DNA of 64,000 bases from Clostridia bacterium (GTDB lineage: Bacteria; Bacillota; Clostridia; Christensenellales; Aristaeellaceae), in contig JAFZPI010000019.1 in the NCBI GenBank assembly GCA_017552615.1, positions 3,966 through 67,965 of the forward strand, written 5' to 3'. The stretch's first letter is position 1, and each line of letters opens with the position of its first letter. The position numbers and the translations under genes are program-made. The notes beneath the pieces were generated by a model that saw only the letters and a list, made by a program, of their open reading frames with translations, was not told the DNA's origin and searched no databases. This document shows positions 62,720 through 64,000 of the stretch, piece after piece.

Positions 62720-64000
62720 ATGGCTGAACTGACCATGGACAAGCTCAAAGCTTTGTGCCAGAACCGCGGCTTTATCTTCGCGGGAAGCGAGATTTACGGC
62801 GGCCTCGCAAACAGCTGGGACTACGGTCCGCTGGGTGTGGCTTTCAAGAATAACGTCAAGAGCGCCTGGTGGCGGAAGTTTGTCCAGGAGAGCAAATACA
62901 ATATCGGCATCGACAGTGCGATCCTGATGAACCGCGAGGTCTGGGTCGCATCCGGACACGTCGGCGGTTTCAATGATCCGCTGATGGACTGCCGTGCCTG
63001 TAAGGCCCGTTTCCGGGCCGACAAGCTGATCGAAGACTTCACAAACGGCGAAGAGACCGGCGACGGCTGGACCAATGATGAGCTGGAAAGCTATATCGCT
63101 TCCCATGACATCAAATGCCCCGTCTGCGGGAAGAAGGACTTTACCGGCATCCGCCAGTTTAACCTGATGTTCAAGACCTATGCCGGTGTGACCGAGGACG
63201 CGGCCAACGAGATCTATCTTCGCCCGGAGACCGCCCAGGGCATCTTCGTCAACTTCCAGAACGTGATGCGCACCACCCGGAAAAAGCTCCCCGCTGGCAT
63301 TGCCCAGATCGGCAAGAGCTTCCGGAACGAGATCACCCCCGGCAACTTCATCTTCCGTGTCCGTGAGTTCGAGCAGATGGAGTTGGAATTCTTCTGCAAG
63401 CCCGGTGAGGATTTGGAGTGGTTCAACTACTGGCGGTCCTTCTGCCGCGACTGGCTGCTTTCCCTCGGCATCAAGGAAGATCGCCTGCGCCTACGCGATC
63501 ACGAACCCGAGAAGCTGGCCTTCTACAGCAAGGCGACCACCGATTTCGAGTATCTCTTCCCGTTCGGCTGGGGCGAGCTCTGGGGCGTGGCGGACCGCAC
63601 CGACTACGACCTGACCCAGCACCAGAATCACTCCGGCAAGTCCATGGAGTATCTCGATCCGATCACCAACGAGCGGTACATTCCGTACTGCATTGAGCCT
63701 TCCCTTGGCGTTGACCGCGCGGTCCTGGCCTTCCTGTGCAACGCCTATGACGAGGAGGAGCTCGAGGGGGGCGACGTCCGTACCGTCCTGCATCTGCATC
63801 CGGCGCTGGCGCCTTACAAAGCGGCCGTTCTGCCCCTGCAGAAGAACAAGCTCGGCGGGCTTGCGACCGAGGTTTACGAAGAGCTGTGCAAGTACTTCCC
63901 GGTCGAGTACGACGAGACCGGTTCCATCGGCAAGCGCTACCGCCGTCAGGACGAGATCGGCACGCCGTTCGCCATCTGCGTGGACTTTGACACCGAGCCA
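62720..64000 (+). CDS. glyQS: glycine--tRNA ligase (homodimeric GlyQS type), 3' end outside the window
   Basis: Absent from the ORF track because there is no stop. Hand translation gives [39 protein letters not shown]...[21 protein letters not shown]. The frame stays open to position 64000. Confidence 0.9.
   Translation, partial: MAELTMDKLKALCQNRGFIFAGSEIYGGLANSWDYGPLGVAFKNNVKSAWWRKFVQESKYNIGIDSAILMNREVWVASGHVGGFNDPLMDCRACKARFRADKLIEDFTNGEETGDGWTNDELESYIASHDIKCPVCGKKDFTGIRQFNLMFKTYAGVTEDAANEIYLRPETAQGIFVNFQNVMRTTRKKLPAGIAQIGKSFRNEITPGNFIFRVREFEQMELEFFCKPGEDLEWFNYWRSFCRDWLLSLGIKEDRLRLRDHEPEKLAFYSKATTDFEYLFPFGWGELWGVADRTDYDLTQHQNHSGKSMEYLDPITNERYIPYCIEPSLGVDRAVLAFLCNAYDEEELEGGDVRTVLHLHPALAPYKAAVLPLQKNKLGGLATEVYEELCKYFPVEYDETGSIGKRYRRQDEIGTPFAICVDFDTEP

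Noticed and set aside
1-64000. CRISPR arrays, tRNA/rRNA genes and large structured ncRNAs
   Set aside because: No intergenic region exceeds about 335 nt, and the longest is explained by the THF riboswitch plus two promoters. No spaced direct-repeat arrays were seen. I may still have missed small RNAs, since I had no covariance-model tools.

Overview
High-GC (about 58% in a spot count) Firmicutes/Clostridia-type chromosomal segment. PolC, GerMN lipoproteins and strong AGGAGG-type Shine-Dalgarno sites support this. A plant-polysaccharide-degrading Oscillospiraceae/Ruminococcaceae-like anaerobe is my inference only. I call 51 protein genes, two of them cut by the window edges. I saw no rRNA, tRNA, CRISPR array, transposase or integrase. 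Left to right, the content is: an OmpR/HK two-component operon with two GerMN lipoproteins; fba; a low-GC giant transglutaminase/LRR surface protein; a GH13 alpha-glucosidase-type enzyme; a low-GC secreted protein made of five tandem repeats; a metallophosphoesterase; a radical-SAM/DUF2344/RNase E-G trio; recQ; a Cthe_2159-like beta-helix protein; GH5; polC; a TlpA-like redoxin; an ABC exporter pair; asd-dapA-dapB; a THF-riboswitch-controlled FolT-like transporter; an orphan alpha-oxoamine synthase; a P-type ATPase; cysE-GH127-GH27; an LRR protein; metA; a GNAT; GH28-TauE-GH105; an M18 aminopeptidase; trmO; an M28-like membrane protein; a REC-like protein; an SPFH/zinc-ribbon protein; ydcF-radC-ydcF-rsmG; a small ORF; a WYL regulator; ylxM-ffh; rpsP; a KH protein; and glyQS. 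Most of the window is housekeeping or carbohydrate metabolism. The less ordinary parts are: (i) two sharply bounded low-GC cassettes (28-35% in spot counts) that bracket a native-GC GH13 gene, with no mobility genes; (ii) a clear THF riboswitch in front of a double-length FolT-like protein; (iii) a translationally coupled ydcF-radC-ydcF-rsmG block; (iv) a WYL regulator whose divergent intergenic region carries repeated TGTCAA half-sites and a perfect palindrome in the ylxM-ffh leader; (v) an orphan alpha-oxoamine synthase. I did not find a convincing self-contained novel multi-gene system such as a defence island, so the candidates carry modest scores. All family names come from motif recognition by eye on the supplied translations. 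No database search or computation was run.
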